A stretch of DNA of 64,000 bases from Octopus sinensis (GCF_006345805.1 NC_043002.1:44020001-44084000); one strand, 5' to 3'; numbered from the stretch's first letter, positions 1 through 15,497 are shown. Made by a program: numbers and translations. Notes: generated from the sequence alone by a model not told the origin.

Positions 1-54
1 ACATCAACTAAAATTCCTCAAGTTTCGCTAACTTTTCTAAATTTGTATGAGAGT

Positions 55-170
55 ATGATTGCTGCAATATGCATAGACAGTGCTACTAACATGACAGGAA
101 TGTACAGTAGATTTTACTCCAGAATGAAACAACTGTATTTCATTAAAACCAATCCAACAAATGTTAGATG
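55..170 (+). pseudogene. Possible hAT transposase remnant
   Basis: Reads MIAAICIDSATNMTGMYSRFYSRMKQ, resembling the hAT CxDGAxxMxG first catalytic-D motif. A Charlie-like TIR-type sequence (gttgagaaccgctag) lies at 1330-1344. Confidence 0.35.
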
Positions 171-429
171 ATTCCCTATATAATTTAATGTAGCAAGAGT
201 AACTTACAAAACTCTCTGCTGCACTAAGAATGAAATGGCCATCATGCAGAAAGGTTTTTCGAGTATTGAACCTTCGCGAAAATATAATTGATTTTCTTTT
301 ATCATAGGAAAAAAATTACATTTAGTCAATTTTATTGAGTGATGAGAGATTTTATGTTACAATTCCTCCTCTTCTTTCGACTAATCGGGATTCATAGTAC
401 GGTTGTACTATTCCTTCTTTCGATCGCTG

Positions 430-640
430 AATGCAGAACTGGCTCGCGAAACCTCTGTTCTGGTGATTTTCTCGAGTTACCACTTCACCCTTGTACGCCA
501 ATCCGTCCCAACGCAACTCATTTACAGTGTGGAGTGAACTAGAGCAATATGAAGTGCTTGCCTAAGAAAACAACGCACAGCCAGGTTGGGAATCGAAACC
601 CCGATCACGCGCTCATTAGTGAAACACCCTTACCACAAGG
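430..640 (-). mobile_element. tRNA-derived SINE, degenerate
   Basis: Minus strand has tggtaagggtg (A-box-like) and gggtttcgattccc (B-box). Body resembles the copy at 15048-15190. Confidence 0.6.
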
Positions 641-755
641 TCAATTATCTCATTGACACCTTAGATAACGTCTATGCCATCGATGTGACCCGCTAAGGAA
701 AGTATTGAAGTCTGTCTCTGCAAAATGATGAATAAAAGAAGTAGAGCATTTCTCG

Positions 756-1060
756 AATTCTCTCGCGGTCAACTTTACCTTTCATCCTTTCGGGAACGAT
801 AAGTACCAGTTAAGCACTGGAGTCAATATAATCAACTAGCCCCACCCCGCAAAATTTTAGGCCTTGCACATGTAGTAGAAAGTATTATAAAAAGATGTAA
901 GGCGGCGTGCTCTGAGTTCAAATCCTGCCGAGGTCAATTTTGCTTTTCATCCTTTCAGGGTCGATGAAATAAGCATCAGTTGAGTACTGGGGTCGGTGTA
1001 ATCGACTAGTCCCCTCCCGCTAAATTCTAGGCCTTGTACCTACAGTAGAAAGAATTATTA
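756..1060 (+). mobile_element. Two SINE family B fragments in tandem
   Basis: Shared body ggtcaa(c/t)ttt(a/g)c(c/t)tttcatccttt...gtcgat...aag..ccagtt...actgg...aatc(a/g)actag; ggcggcg head at 901. Confidence 0.75.
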
Positions 1061-2188
1061 GAGAGAGAAGCAAAAAATGTTTCAGCGGATGCTGTTACGG
1101 ATCTTTCTTCAACTGAATACACGTAATTGATTGGTTAAAATTACCCAAATACGACAATTTTAACAGGAAATAACTTCTAAAATACAAAATCTTGTCAAAA
1201 TCGTTAAGAGTAAACCGTGTTCTACGTGACATATTCAACAAGTATTCGAAGTTTCAAACAGTTTAGTTAAAAAAAAATTAATTAAAAAATCTGTGACTGA
1301 GATTGAAAAGATCCGCTGTTACTAACTCAGTTGAGAACCGCTAGTTTAGAGAATTTAAAAGAGTTGACTACCATTCAATTGTTCTTATGGTAGATTAGGT
1401 AATTAGCTACGTGATTAAAAGCAGTACTGCTGAAGTCCGTTCATAGAGACTGATATCATCAGATAATTTTGATTTAGAACAGATTGCGAGATTGATAAAC
1501 TTGTCGATAACAAACGATTTTTATGATAGGTATCAACAAGCATCTCTGCTTGCAGCTAAACAAGTGGTTGTCGATGACATTCATTCTTTTTGACAGGTAT
1601 CAGCTGTCAGTTTTGTTTGCTTCTAGGCAACTTAATCACGCAGCTAGTACTGTTGGTGGGACGCCAGCTCTTTTTCACAGGCGGAGCGAATTTTTTCGCA
1701 CAATATTAGATTATTTGTACAGTATATTTGAACTACATTTCAATTCTGATATATTTTTGTTTGCTTTTTTGTTATTTGTTATTCCTCATTACGAATATAT
1801 ACGCCCAACTTTGAAAGTTATTTTTCAGTGTAACTCAACTTTCACTGCCATTTCTTTTATCTTCAATACATAAGATTTCTACTCTTCCAAGATTTATGTC
1901 ATTCACTTCTATATATGCTTTATCTTTCCTCCAAGGATATGATTAGTTCATCAGATATTTATTCTTTCCATATAACCCTGTCATTTTCTTGGTGATTTAA
2001 TTTCATTTTATAAATGTTTATACCTTCTATTTCGCTTACTTGCAATTAAATATTTTACGACAGAATGTCATAATACTTTCTCTATACAATATTGCTCCAG
2101 ATAATAAGATAACCTATCAATCTTTTAATTACTATTTTCAGTTAACTTTACCTCATCAGTTCATAATATATATGTATATAGATGTATG

Positions 2189-2660
2189 TGGAGGCGCAAT
2201 GGCCCAGTGGTTAGGGCAGCGGACTCGCGGTCATGAGATCGCGGTTTCGATTCCCAGACCGGGCGTTGTGAGTGCTTATTGAGCGAAAACACCTAAAGCT
2301 CCACAAAGCTCCGACAGAGGGTGTTTTCGATCCCTGTTGTACTCTTTCGCCACAACCTCTCTCACTCTTTCTTCTGTTGACCTGCTTGCTTAGCCACGAG
2401 GCTCCGACAGGGAGTGGTGGCGAACCATGCTGTACTCTCTTACCACATCTTTCTCCCGCTCTTTCTTCCTGTTTCTGTTGTACCTATATTTCAAAGGGCC
2501 AGCCTTGTCACACTCTGTCACGCTGAATCTCCCCGAGATCTACGTTAAAGGTACACGTGTCTGTAGAGTGCTCAGCCACTTGAACGTTAATTTCACGTCA
2601 ACACTATTCCGTTGGTTGGATCAACTGGAAACCTCGTCGTCGTAACCGACGGAGTGCCAC
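2189..2660 (+). mobile_element. tRNA-derived SINE family A, long copy
   Basis: Head gtggaggcgcaatggcccagtggttagggcagcggactcg...ggtttcgattccc with A and B boxes. The same head occurs at 28386-28457(-), 31178 and 32870. Confidence 0.85.
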
Positions 2661-2746
2661 GTATATGTACTTGATATTTTTAATTAGTTTTTATGGTATT
2701 TTATATATAGTATTTTAATTCTTCTTTATCGTTTTCTCTAATTTAA

Positions 2747-2781
<35 letters not shown>

Positions 2782-2925
2782 ACACATTAATACACATTAT
2801 AACCTGAAGGATATAATTTTCTCATACAATTTCCAGAACTAGAACAGAACGCTCAATCGAAATCCAGCATGTATAATGTTCTATAAATTATATTTATGTG
2901 TATCATTCAAATGCGAATATATATC

Positions 2926-3195
2926 TAGTTCTGGAAATTGTGTTTTGTAAACGACAGACTATGCTGATGAGCTTGCAGATGTTTGCATGTCCATATACGT
3001 AAATTTTAACAAGTGAAACTAATTAGTACATAGTAATCGTTTTTTATTTCGTATATCTTCATTTGTCTTGCTTATTTTTACACTTTGTTTTGTCTTGAGA
3101 ACACATTCTCAGTGGAAAATGGAGATTTGACGTCTATATCTAGCATATAGACTGTCCACTTTTAGTGGTCAGTCCTCTAAATTTTGTATATACAT
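2926..3195 (+). mobile_element. About 270-bp HHR-containing repeat (PLE pseudo-LTR/retrozyme-like), family H1 copy 1
   Basis: Colinear with 23376-23645 (shared tttcatttgtcttgcttatttt, gatttgacgtctatatctagcat, gtccacttttagtggtcagtcct). Ends near (TA)n. Confidence 0.75.
2958..3034 (+). ncRNA. Type I hammerhead ribozyme (H1 copy 1)
   Basis: Stem I actatg/catagt; CTGATGA 2964-2970; stem II gcttg/caagt; GAAA 3015-3018; palindromic stem III actaattagt; predicted GUA cleavage after 3028. Confidence 0.8.
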
Positions 3196-3196
3196 A

Positions 3197-3267
<71 letters not shown>

Positions 3268-3358
3268 ATAATAATAAATGGTAAAATTAATTATCAATTA
3301 ATAATTAATAATTTTACCAAGTAGTTCGGTATGTTAAAAGAACCCTTATCAGTAAACT

Positions 3359-3504
3359 TATACAAAAATTCTATAATTATGAGCATAATTATAATTAGGG
3401 TTCAGCAAAATTTTAACTGCTATTTCTAAATTTCGGTATGTGGTGAAACAAATTTTGTTGAACCCTAATTGTAAATATGCTCATAATTATAGAATTTTTG
3501 TATA
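3359..3504. repeat. Inverted repeat, about 55-bp arms
   Basis: 3359-3413 is the near-perfect reverse complement of 3450-3504. Right arm runs into (TA)n. Related sequence at 18740-18980. Confidence 0.85.
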
Positions 3505-3545
3505 TATATATATGCTTATATACGTATATGCACACACATCTATAC

Positions 3546-3633
<88 letters not shown>

Positions 3634-4514
3634 GTGGTTCTTGTGTGTCTCTGTGTGTTTATGTTCTTGTCATGTCTGTATTTAATTTTCTGTTTACCTA
3701 TATATATATATTATATCTATATATATATATATATATATATGCATATACGAGTACATGGGAATAAAACTATTTTCGAACAACGAAAGACACAATGGAAAAC
3801 AAGACAAACAACATAAAGAACGACCCTTCATCAGTTGCTGGTCGTTTTACTACTCACGTATTTCGAGCATTTAACAACAATATACGCTTTCGATAAAACA
3901 GTTGCTCCCGCAAAGCAAATTGAATAAACTTTGGGATTTTGCGGAGGGTCAAAATTGGTAGCACAAACAGGACAGTGAAAACAAACATTGTTATATCTAG
4001 GGAGGGACATATTTTTATGCCAAGTAAACACACGCGCTATACACTCGTTCTTCATTTTAACTTTATTATTATTATTTTAATGTCCTTTGTCTGAAATCTT
4101 TCGTCACACATCCTGCGACCTCTTCAGCAACTCTTGCTCTGTTTAGTCCCCTGTCTCCTCCCCTCTCTCTCTCTCTCTCTCACACACACACAAACACACA
4201 CACAAATACATGAAATGCACATTACTCCACACAATGCACGCACAGTTACTTATACACATATACAAACCCACATAATTTTAAGCTTGCCCACGCATACATT
4301 CACACGCACTTTCACCCATTCACACATACACACTCATACATACTATTCATGCATACGCACACGCGCTTGTGCAACTGGGTCACTGTTATTATCTCCCTTT
4401 CACTCATCCTCTTTCTTCCGGTCATTCCATCATATTGAACCATTAATCGCTATACATTTCTTTTCTCTCTCCGTTTGTTTTCTTCATTCTCTCTCCAGTT
4501 TTCCCACCGAACAC

Positions 4515-4548
4515 TTTCTGTCGATGAGCGTAAGCTCAAAACGTCAGA
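4515..4548 (+). ncRNA. Degenerate minimal HHR (family H2-like)
   Basis: tttctgtcgatgagcgtaagctcaaaacgtcaga: stem II gagc/gctc is kept, but the core reads CUGUCGA and AAAA. Follows a CA-rich then pyrimidine-rich tract like other H2 copies. Confidence 0.4.
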
Positions 4549-4996
4549 GACTTTCCATTCTTCTCGAACGTCAAGATCATCATGTACGGTGAGCTCACCA
4601 CTGGTCACTGCAACAGGGGAGCACCAAAGAAGCGTTCCGAGGACTGCCTTAATCAATTACTTAGCGTTTGTGACATTGATTATTGTGAGTGGTCCAACTG
4701 ACCGTGCTGCTTCGCGCCATACCATCAGCGATGCTGTTTCCTCCTTTCAGATCTCTCGCAGAGCTTCTCTTGAAGACAAACGTCAGAGGCGAAAAACTAA
4801 GGCAGCTACATTATCAGACCTTGGAAATCATACCTCTGTCATCATCGCGATCGGACATGTTGATACCACATCGGTCTTATCAGCCACGAACGAGCAGTAG
4901 ACGACATGGACAATAGCCTTCCTTCTTAATCTTCATCAGCGAAGCGAAGCCAAGATAACTGTATGCCCAAAGTCCAAATAATGCTTATATACATAC

Positions 4997-5077
<81 letters not shown>

Positions 5078-5104
5078 ATATATATATGTATACACATACA
5101 TACA

Positions 5105-5250
5105 CGACGGGCTGCTTTCCGTCTACCGATCTGCTCACAAGGATTTGGTCATTCTGTAGATGTATTAGAAGACTCCTATCCAAGAGGCTGCGTAGTGGGA
5201 TTGAATGTGGAACCATGTGGTTGGAATGCAAATTTCTTGTAACACATCAC
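5105..5250 (-). mobile_element. SINE family C 5' half
   Basis: acgacgggctgctttccgtctacc...aaccatgtggttgg, matching other family C copies. A further fragment lies at 5690-5795. Confidence 0.7.
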
Positions 5251-5636
5251 GCTATGTTTGCGACATATTTCAACTGCTAAAAGGCAAATTCTCTGTAGTT
5301 ATCGAAGAGAAAATATTTCTGTTATGATAAAAAGGAGTGAAAACACCCTATTTCTTGTGTCCCTATTTTATCTATCAGGATTACCAGGCATCGATGTTTC
5401 ATGCTAGTTGGCTTTTATCAATAAGGAGTACCTAAGAGAGATAACTGCAGTGAATTTGCCTTTCAGCATTTGAAATATACCACAAACTTTTTAATTAACC
5501 TAAACTTTGGTTATGCCTAAACATTGCTTGGCGCTAATTCGTTATTTTCCAAGATGGGGCGATCTGCCAGCGCAAATCACTCAACGTTGACTGTATTTTA
5601 CATAAAGCTATGCTTTATCAGATTTATTCAGAGTTG

Positions 5637-5670
<34 letters not shown>

Positions 5671-6289
5671 GTGTGAGTGTGTGTGTGTGTGTGTACGACG
5701 GGCACCCACACAGTTTCCGTCTATCAAATTCAGAGAGACCGAACCAGAAACAACATGGTTGTAAAGCAAGCTTCGTAACCACATAGCTACTCCCGAGCCT
5801 AAAATGTTGGTGGTTAACATCTTTATGGAATTTGTAAAATATGAAATATTTTTTAAAGTATAGCAAGCACCTACATTCTGAGGATTCTTGAGGCTAGGAC
5901 ATTTCTTTCGCATCTGTGTTTATATCTGGGGAGTGATTGATATATAGATTTTTTTCCTGTTGTTTTATTTATATCCTCAAAATCTCAAGAGAACTTTCAT
6001 CACCTACACATTTCATGAAGAGCTCCGTCATTATTGATGGCTCTGATAGTCAAGTATACACAGAATCACTTTTAGAGTTAACGTATTACAACTACTTTCA
6101 ATCAAACAGGATTGTCAAATGCAGTTGTATCACTTCCAATGCGGTATATTTTCATATAAAGAGCAATAAATCTACATTCTTATTCTCTTGTGAATACTGC
6201 CTTGAAATAAATCTCCGTTTAATTGCCATTAGCAATAGTTACATGTGATATTCATACACACACACACACAGACAGACAGACACACACAA

Positions 6290-6327
<38 letters not shown>

Positions 6328-6414
6328 TATATATATATATACACACATACACACACATATATATGTGTGTATATTAGCTAATATTTATATTAGCAATAGC
6401 AATAGTTACATGCG

Positions 6415-6446
<32 letters not shown>

Positions 6447-6704
6447 GCACACACACATGTATATATATACACATACACATGCATATATATATATATGAAT
6501 GTATATATATTAGAAGGTTTGGAGGTGATGTACAGGTATTATATATTAGAAGAAATAAGGTATTCAGAAATCTGGATGGTTTTACATTTGCAGATTTTTA
6601 TTACTATGTTACATGTTTTTATAAATCATATATTAGTGCTTGCATCTACTCTAGTAGAATCTCCAGATTTTTATATATAGACACACATAAATATACGTAT
6701 ATAT

Positions 6705-6746
<42 letters not shown>

Positions 6747-6789
6747 TTCCATCAATCTTTCAGTTATAAAGTGTGTGCCTGCATACATG

Positions 6790-7935
6790 CATATACACAT
6801 ATAAACATATAAACACCATATAAACCCTTACATTTGTACACACACGCACATATATACATACATTCACTCCCACGCACGCACATACACACATTTACATATA
6901 TATACAATACACGCACATACACATACACACGTAGAAACACACACAAATTCACATACACACCGACATATATACATACACACAATACACATACGTTTACACA
7001 TATAAGCACAGACACAGACATACATACGCACACAAAAACATGTGCACACATGCGCACGAACACACGCAAAACTCACAACCCCACGGATACACGCATATAC
7101 ATCCATATACGCTTACACACACACACATACAAACGCACACATACACGCACACACAACTACACGCACATACATACACACACACACAAATGAACTCACACAT
7201 ACATCCCATACACACGGCACACAACTATACATACACGCACAACCACATACATACACGCACACAATTATACATACATATATATATATCACACAACGCACAT
7301 GTACAAGCACACACCACACATACACTAAGTTAAGCACAGTTACTCGCCACACCCCCAAACTCTACGCATACGCACACAAACACACACATACACACACACA
7401 CTACAAACAAAACACACACACGATACATATACATACACGCACACACGTACCTTTTTGTTTTTGACCTGTGATTGGACTCTAAAACACCACTCCTTAATTC
7501 TTACATACTGGCCTGCTACTAGCCATTACAGACATACACACACACATGCACACACACACACACACACGTGTCATCATTGTACACATACACACACGCGCGC
7601 ACACGCTGACCTCCCCGCACGCACACCCCCCACACACATTCCCCCTCTCACTTTCTTTACCATACTGTCTTTGATAAACTCTCCTGTCTTTAAAAAACAT
7701 TATTCTTCTACCTTACTACTTCCGTCTTGCAGTATGTGACCTCGTGAATACCACTGGCGATTTTTTTTCCTCTGTCTTCCCTTCTCGGGATCTTTCCTTC
7801 TCCTATGTTTCCGACGAAGAGCTCCGCTCGAAACGTTAAACCCTCCTTCTTCCCTTCTTTCCTGAGCGTCCAATAATACTTTATTTGTTCCACGTCCTTG
7901 CGTTGTTGTGTTTTTTTGTTTTCTTGTTTGGATTA
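6790..7935 (+). mobile_element. PLE 3' fragment: CA-rich UTR plus pseudo-LTR with minimal HHR (family H2)
   Basis: CA-rich tract has unique words (aactcacaaccccacggatacacg) shared with 25360-25570(-). The pLTR 7730-7935 matches 24678-24870(-) and 56940-57125. Confidence 0.75.
7807..7841 (+). ncRNA. Minimal HHR (H2), U4C core variant
   Basis: gttt-ccgacga-a-gagc tcc gctc-gaaac-gtt-aaac. Confidence 0.6.
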
Positions 7936-7967
7936 ATTATATATATACATACATATATATATTCTTT

Positions 7968-8386
7968 TGTTCTTTTACTGATTTTAGTCATTTGACTGAA
8001 GCCATGCTGGAACACCACCTTTTAGTCGAATGAATCGGCCCTAGGACATACTCTTTGTAAGCCTAGTACTTATTCTATCGGTCTCTTTTGCCGAACCGTT
8101 AGGTTATGAGGACGTAAGCACACCAGCATCGGTTGTCAAGCAATAGTGGGGACAAACACAAAAACACACACACACACACACACAAAATATATATATTATA
8201 TATATATATATATATATACGACGGGCTTGTTTCAGTTTCCATCTACCAAATTCACTCACAAGTCTTTAGTCGGCCCGCGAGGCAATAGTAGAAGAAATTT
8301 ATCCAAGATGCCACGCAGTAGGACTGAATCCGGAACCAAGTGGCTGGGAAGCAAGCTTCTTATCACACAGTCACGCCTACTCCTAT
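7968..8386 (-). mobile_element. SINE family C, full length with internal microsatellite
   Basis: 3' tail gccatgctggaacaccacc, body ccgaaccgttaggttatgaggacgtaagcacacc, head aggactgaatccggaaccaagtgg. Confidence 0.85.
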
Positions 8387-8413
8387 AATTTATGTTTATA
8401 TATGTATATATGA

Positions 8414-9997
<1,584 letters not shown>

Positions 9998-10247
9998 AGT
10001 ATTTGGGTTACTGAAATTTATTGCATTTTACTATTGTTGATATATATGAATATATATATATACATAATAATAAATAATATATAATATATATATACATATA
10101 TATATAATAAATAATAAATAGTTTATAATATATATTTAATAATAATAAATTATATATATACATATCATATATACATACATACCTACATACATACATATAT
10201 ATATATATAATATATATTATATATATATATATTATCTAATATAAATT

Positions 10248-10827
10248 AATAAAAAATAAAACTATGATGCCAAGGATTCAGCGGTACATATGTTCGCGGG
10301 CCTTTATTGACGGATTTATAACAATGCCTAATGTGTGTCTATAGCCTTCTTCAGCCGCGCACAACTAACTACTACCTCAAGACATGTATTACAATCAAAA
10401 ATTCTACGTTGGGGATGCAAATCCTCTCATTCGCGTACGACATACTGCGTCAACAGCATAAAAATGAGCGTCCATCTCGTCCTTCTCTCATGTGAATGAG
10501 CTCATTCTACATTGAGAGAAGGACGAGATGGACGCTCATTTTTATGCTGTTTGACGCATTATGTCGTACGCGAATGAGAGGATTTGCATCCCCAACGTAG
10601 AATTTTTGTGATGTAATACATGTCCTTGAGGTAGTATTTGTGCGCGGCTGAAGAAGGCTATAGACACACATTATGCATTGTGATAAATCCGTCTAATAAA
10701 GGCCCGAAACATATGTACCGCTGATCCCTGGCATCATGTTGTTTATTTTGATTAATTTACTCCACCACCTACACCACCAAACGGTATATACAGGTGCTTA
10801 CAATTATCAAGTACTCACCCTGAATTT
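10248..10827. mobile_element. HHR-containing repeat family H3 with palindromic 5' inversion (copy left of gap)
   Basis: Spacerless palindrome centred at 10500/10501 (gaatgag|ctcattc) with arms of about 250 bp. Indel-rich relative to 11123-11697. Confidence 0.8.
10644..10721 (+). ncRNA. Type I HHR (H3)
   Basis: Stem I gcgg/ccgc; CTGAAGA 10648-10654; stem II ggct..tagac/gtcta..ggcc; GAAA 10706-10709; palindromic acatatgt; GUA site. Confidence 0.65.
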
Positions 10828-10843
10828 ATTATTATTATATATT

Positions 10844-10877
<34 letters not shown>

Positions 10878-10938
10878 ATATATATACATACATACTACAT
10901 ACATACTATATATATATTATATATATTATATTATATAT

Positions 10939-10970
<32 letters not shown>

Positions 10971-10999
10971 TATAATATGTTACAATTACTCATAGTCAA

Positions 11000-11099
11000 N
11001 NNNNNNNNNNNNNNNNNNNNNNNNNNNNNNNNNNNNNNNNNNNNNNNNNNNNNNNNNNNNNNNNNNNNNNNNNNNNNNNNNNNNNNNNNNNNNNNNNNN
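11000..11099. other. Assembly gap (100 N)
   Basis: Run of N. Confidence 1.
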
Positions 11100-11122
11100 T
11101 ATATTATATAATATATATATAA

Positions 11123-11697
11123 ATTAATAAAAAATAAAAATATGATGCCAAGGATTCAGCGGTACATATGTTTCGGGCCTTTATTAGACGGATTTATAAC
11201 AATGCATAATGTGTGTCTATAGCCTTCTTCAGCCGCGCACAACTACTACCTCAAGGACATGTATTACATCAAAAATTCTACGTTGGGGATGCAAATCCTC
11301 TCATTCGCGTACGACATAATGCGTCAACAGCATAAAAATGAAGCGTCCATCTCGTCCTTCTCTCAATGTAGAATGAGCTCATTCTACATTGGAGAAGGAC
11401 GAGATGGACGCTTCATTTTTATGCTGTTGACGCATTATGTCGTACGCGAATGAGAGGATTTGCATCCCCAACGTAGAATTTTTGATGTAATACATGTCCT
11501 GAGGTAGTAGTTGTGCGCGGCTGAAGAAGCTATAGACACACATTATGCTTGTTATAAATCCGTCTAATAAAGGCCCGAAACATATGTACCGCTGAATCCT
11601 TGGCATCATGTTTTTATTTGATTAATTTACTCCACCACCTACACCACCAAACGGTATATACAGGTGCTTACAATTATCAAGTACTCACCCTGAATTA
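11123..11697. mobile_element. Family H3 palindromic copy right of gap
   Basis: Palindrome centred at 11377/11378. HHR motifs at 11159-11236(-) and 11517-11592(+). Confidence 0.85.
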
Positions 11698-11701
11698 ATA
11701 T

Positions 11702-11764
<63 letters not shown>

Positions 11765-11774
11765 ACATACATAC

Positions 11775-11818
<44 letters not shown>

Positions 11819-12443
11819 TTATAATATATATATAATTATAATATGTTACAATACTCAATAGTCAAGACAAAACTGAGTTTCAGGATGCCGAAGTGGAAAT
11901 CCACAACACCAAGTACAAGAAAAACCATGGTTAAAGGTAACAGAAAAAAACATAAGGAAGTATACAAGTTTTTTCCTGTTATCATTAACCATGTTTTTTA
12001 TTGCGCTTGTGCGTATATAGACGTATGTATGAACTTTTACGGTACGCATGTGTGTGTGTATGAGTTTGTATATATATGCGTATATATTTGGCGAAAAATG
12101 CGAGTGAAGATGTGTACGTTTTCATAGTGACGTATAAGTACGCACGTAGATCCGCGAGCGCACATGTGAGCGTATGACTAGACTATGAAATTTTAATCTT
12201 ATTTTATATAAGTAGCAGAATTATAACACAGTAATTCCCCTTTATATAACGGTATTTTTTCATAGCGTTTTTTTCAGATGGCCAGATAACCGAAGAGATG
12301 GTGTTGTGGATTTCCACTTCGGCACCTGAAACTCAGAGTTTTATCTTGACTATTGCGTAATTGTAACATTATTTTATAGATAAATTTCCTCTATTTACAT
12401 AATATTGAGGTCTCTTTCTTTCTTTTGTTGTCTTACCGTTTTT

Positions 12444-12479
<36 letters not shown>

Positions 12480-12483
<4 letters not shown>

Positions 12484-12600
12484 AGATAAGACCGGAGCCT
12501 GGTGCAGCCTTCTGGCTTCCCAGATCCCCGGTCGAACCGTCCAACCCATGCTAGCATGGAGAACGGACGTTAAACGATGATGATGATGATGATGATGATA
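12480..12600 (+). mobile_element. Probable RTE-type LINE 3' end with (ATG)n tail
   Basis: ccgtccaacccatgctagcatggagaacggacgttaaac followed by (gat)n. Family assignment is by pattern recall. Confidence 0.45.
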
Positions 12601-12607
12601 CATGTAC

Positions 12608-12653
<46 letters not shown>

Positions 12654-12964
12654 GCATACATGGGGGAATACGTCACCAACCGTGCAAATAACATGAAATA
12701 TGTAAACAAAGAGGGGAAAACGAGTGAAATAGATAAACAACGAATAGAAAAATGGAAAACAGAGAAAGAACTGTTCATCAGTTGTCAGCTATCTACTCCT
12801 CATATCGAGTATTCAACGACAATATGAGTCTTCAAAGGCAGTTGCTCCCATAAATTCTAAAACAACGTTTAGGCTTTATGGAGGGTCAAAGTTGGGAATC
12901 CAAAAAATAACAGTGGAGACATACAAGGGAACTGAACGGAAAGAAACATGGAGGTCGTTAGACT

Positions 12965-13022
12965 AGAACGAGAAGAAAATAGTGAACGCTGGGAGAAACA
13001 TCTTTTTTGAAAAGAGAAAAGC

Positions 13023-13094
<72 letters not shown>

Positions 13095-13470
13095 GTCTGT
13101 TTGTTTAAACGTCCGTGCAGAAAAAGAAAGATGGCCACGTGAGGAGAAGATAGATGGACGATGGTCACATGTGAGTAACGAGAGAGAGAAAGAAAGAGAG
13201 AGAGAGAGAGCAAAAAGAGAAAGAGGGGAAAGAGAGTCTGTAGTTTTTGGCCTCTGCTCTGCTACCTCCTTTATTAATAGGGCATATTTTACCTTCCTTC
13301 AGCTTATTTGGAAGTTTTCTAGTTGTAAGGAAGCTCTGGAAGTGGGACGGCAGTGATCTTGCTAGGATTCACTTACATGCTTTTAGAAGGATTGCTGGGA
13401 AACCATCAGGGCCAGTAAATGAGTTCAGATTCATGTATCTTGTAAATTGGTCGAAATACTGATTAGAAAA
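12965..13470 (-). mobile_element. CR1/L2-like LINE ORF2 fragment (RT N-terminal region), split by (GA)n
   Basis: Minus strand FTGPDGFPAILLKACK*ILARSLPSHFQSFLTTRKLPNKLKEGKICPINKGGSRAEAKNYR. Same family as 19925-20750. Confidence 0.8.
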
Positions 13471-13704
13471 ACAGCCGACAACTGATGAATAGTTGTTCTT
13501 TGTGTTGTTTTTCTTGTCTTCCATTTGTTTCTTTCGTTGTTCGCAAAGAAAGTTCATATTCCATGTCCTCGCACTTCGTCGTTTTTGTTGTTTACGTTTT
13601 GTGATGTCCTGTGCCCACATATGCATATGTATATACGTATACTTGTAAGTATGTATGTATACTATGTATATATGTATATATGCATATATATAATATATAT
13701 ATAT

Positions 13705-13755
<51 letters not shown>

Positions 13756-13855
13756 TTTATACTATTATTTGATTGAACCACACGCATCCTTTTCCTAGTA
13801 AGTTTTATGTTATACACACACAGCACACACACGCACACACACGCACACACACACG

Positions 13856-13945
<90 letters not shown>

Positions 13946-15047
13946 TATACATTACATAGATGTGTATATATATCTACACATACACACTGCACCTGCGCGC
14001 GTGCGTGTGTGCGAATGCGTGTATGTTGTACGTAATGGAGATAAAAGGTGGAAATCTATTGTTTGTTTTAGTAAGGGGTGGACATTTTAAGTTGCGATAA
14101 AAGATTTTTTTATGTTTGGGAGGAAGTGATTGTATGAAACAGTTTGCCGTTGTTTGTGTTGTTCGTTATTGCGCTGCTGTTTTTGACAGGAATCTGACAG
14201 AATTTCTAAAAGGAAATATTGTTATAGAAAAATAACTTTTCCCAAAGTTTACCAACGTTGTTCTTGTCATAATTTTGGCAATCCATCACTAGCTGCCATA
14301 CAAAAGACTCCTGAACTATGAAACGACAAAAGTACAAATATGCTCTAAATTGATAAATCACCTACTAATTTCTTTTTTGTATTAACATTTGCAATTCATA
14401 ATCGTAAAAATCATGCAGTATGGTGAAGAAGCTTGCGTTGCAAACATGTGGTTTCGCGTGGTACGTTTGGCAAGTATCTTCAAATTTAGTCCCAGGCTGA
14501 CTAATTAATACCTTGCGTGTATTTATGTGGCAAAAAAGACCATCACGAAGTATAACAGTATCTGTTTCAACACATAGTTTCAAATCAAAGATCTTGCAAA
14601 GCAAATTCATAAACGTAATGGGAAAAAAATAAGCAACAAATTCAACCAATTTATCGGATTTTATGTTGGTCTCTGTGAACAAATTTAAAAGCATAAAAAC
14701 TTTTTAAAACCCCCCACCTAAAAACCAGTTTTGAAAAGGAAAAAGTCAAATAAAATACATGTAAAAATATGCAGAAACCCTCTATTAAGACGGATATGAG
14801 CCAATATTTCTTAAAAGTTTTTTTGTGTTAAGTCACTTTTCGAGTTAAGTCGCATGATTTGAACCCATTTACTGATTAAATTGAGATATGCCTGTATACA
14901 CATACACAGAGAACACACGCACAACAGACACAGACACACGCACACACACACACACACACAGACACACACACACACAGACACACACACACACACACACACA
15001 CATACACACACACACACACGCACGCACACAGACATACACATATATGC

Positions 15048-15190
15048 TTGGACTAGTGGTTAAGGTGTTGCACTTACAATCGCGATACCGTGGTTTTCAT
15101 TCTTGGACCGGGTGGTGCGTTGTGTTCTTGAACAAAATACTTCATTTCACATTGCTCTGCGATCATTTTGGCACTTGACGCGTGGTGCAC
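15048..15190 (+). mobile_element. tRNA-derived SINE, degenerate
   Basis: tggactagtggttaaggtg...ggttttcattctt head. Confidence 0.55.
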
Positions 15191-15497
15191 CGTGTAACGT
15201 CGATCACTATACACAAATCATTTGCGCAGGTAATTCGGCAAAGGCTGAACACTCATATGTTGTCTTCGACGAGGAAGTCCATCATAGAAAGGGATGTCCA
15301 TCATAGAAAGGGAAGTCCATCAGAGAAAGGGATGTGTGAGGAATACGTAGCTTTAAGGAGAGACGGAGTAGGTGGCTTTTCTGCTATCCATCGCAAACAA
15401 ACACTCACACATTGACACATACACACATACATATCTATATATATATACACATGCATACACATATCTACTATACAGTATTTTAAACTCGTGATTACCT

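Noticed and set aside
3310-3356. HHR-like motif on the minus strand (also about 18780-18830)
   Set aside because: The core reads CUGAUAA and GAAC with weak stems; at most a dead remnant.
10200-11870. Apparent tandem array of two palindromic H3 elements
   Set aside because: About 10200-10999 and 11100-11866 share flanks on both sides, straddle a 100-N gap, and the left copy is indel-noisy. Most likely an unmerged contig overlap.
14365-14694. 109-aa minus-strand ORF in unique sequence
   Set aside because: No recognisable motif or splice support; could be an old transposon fragment.
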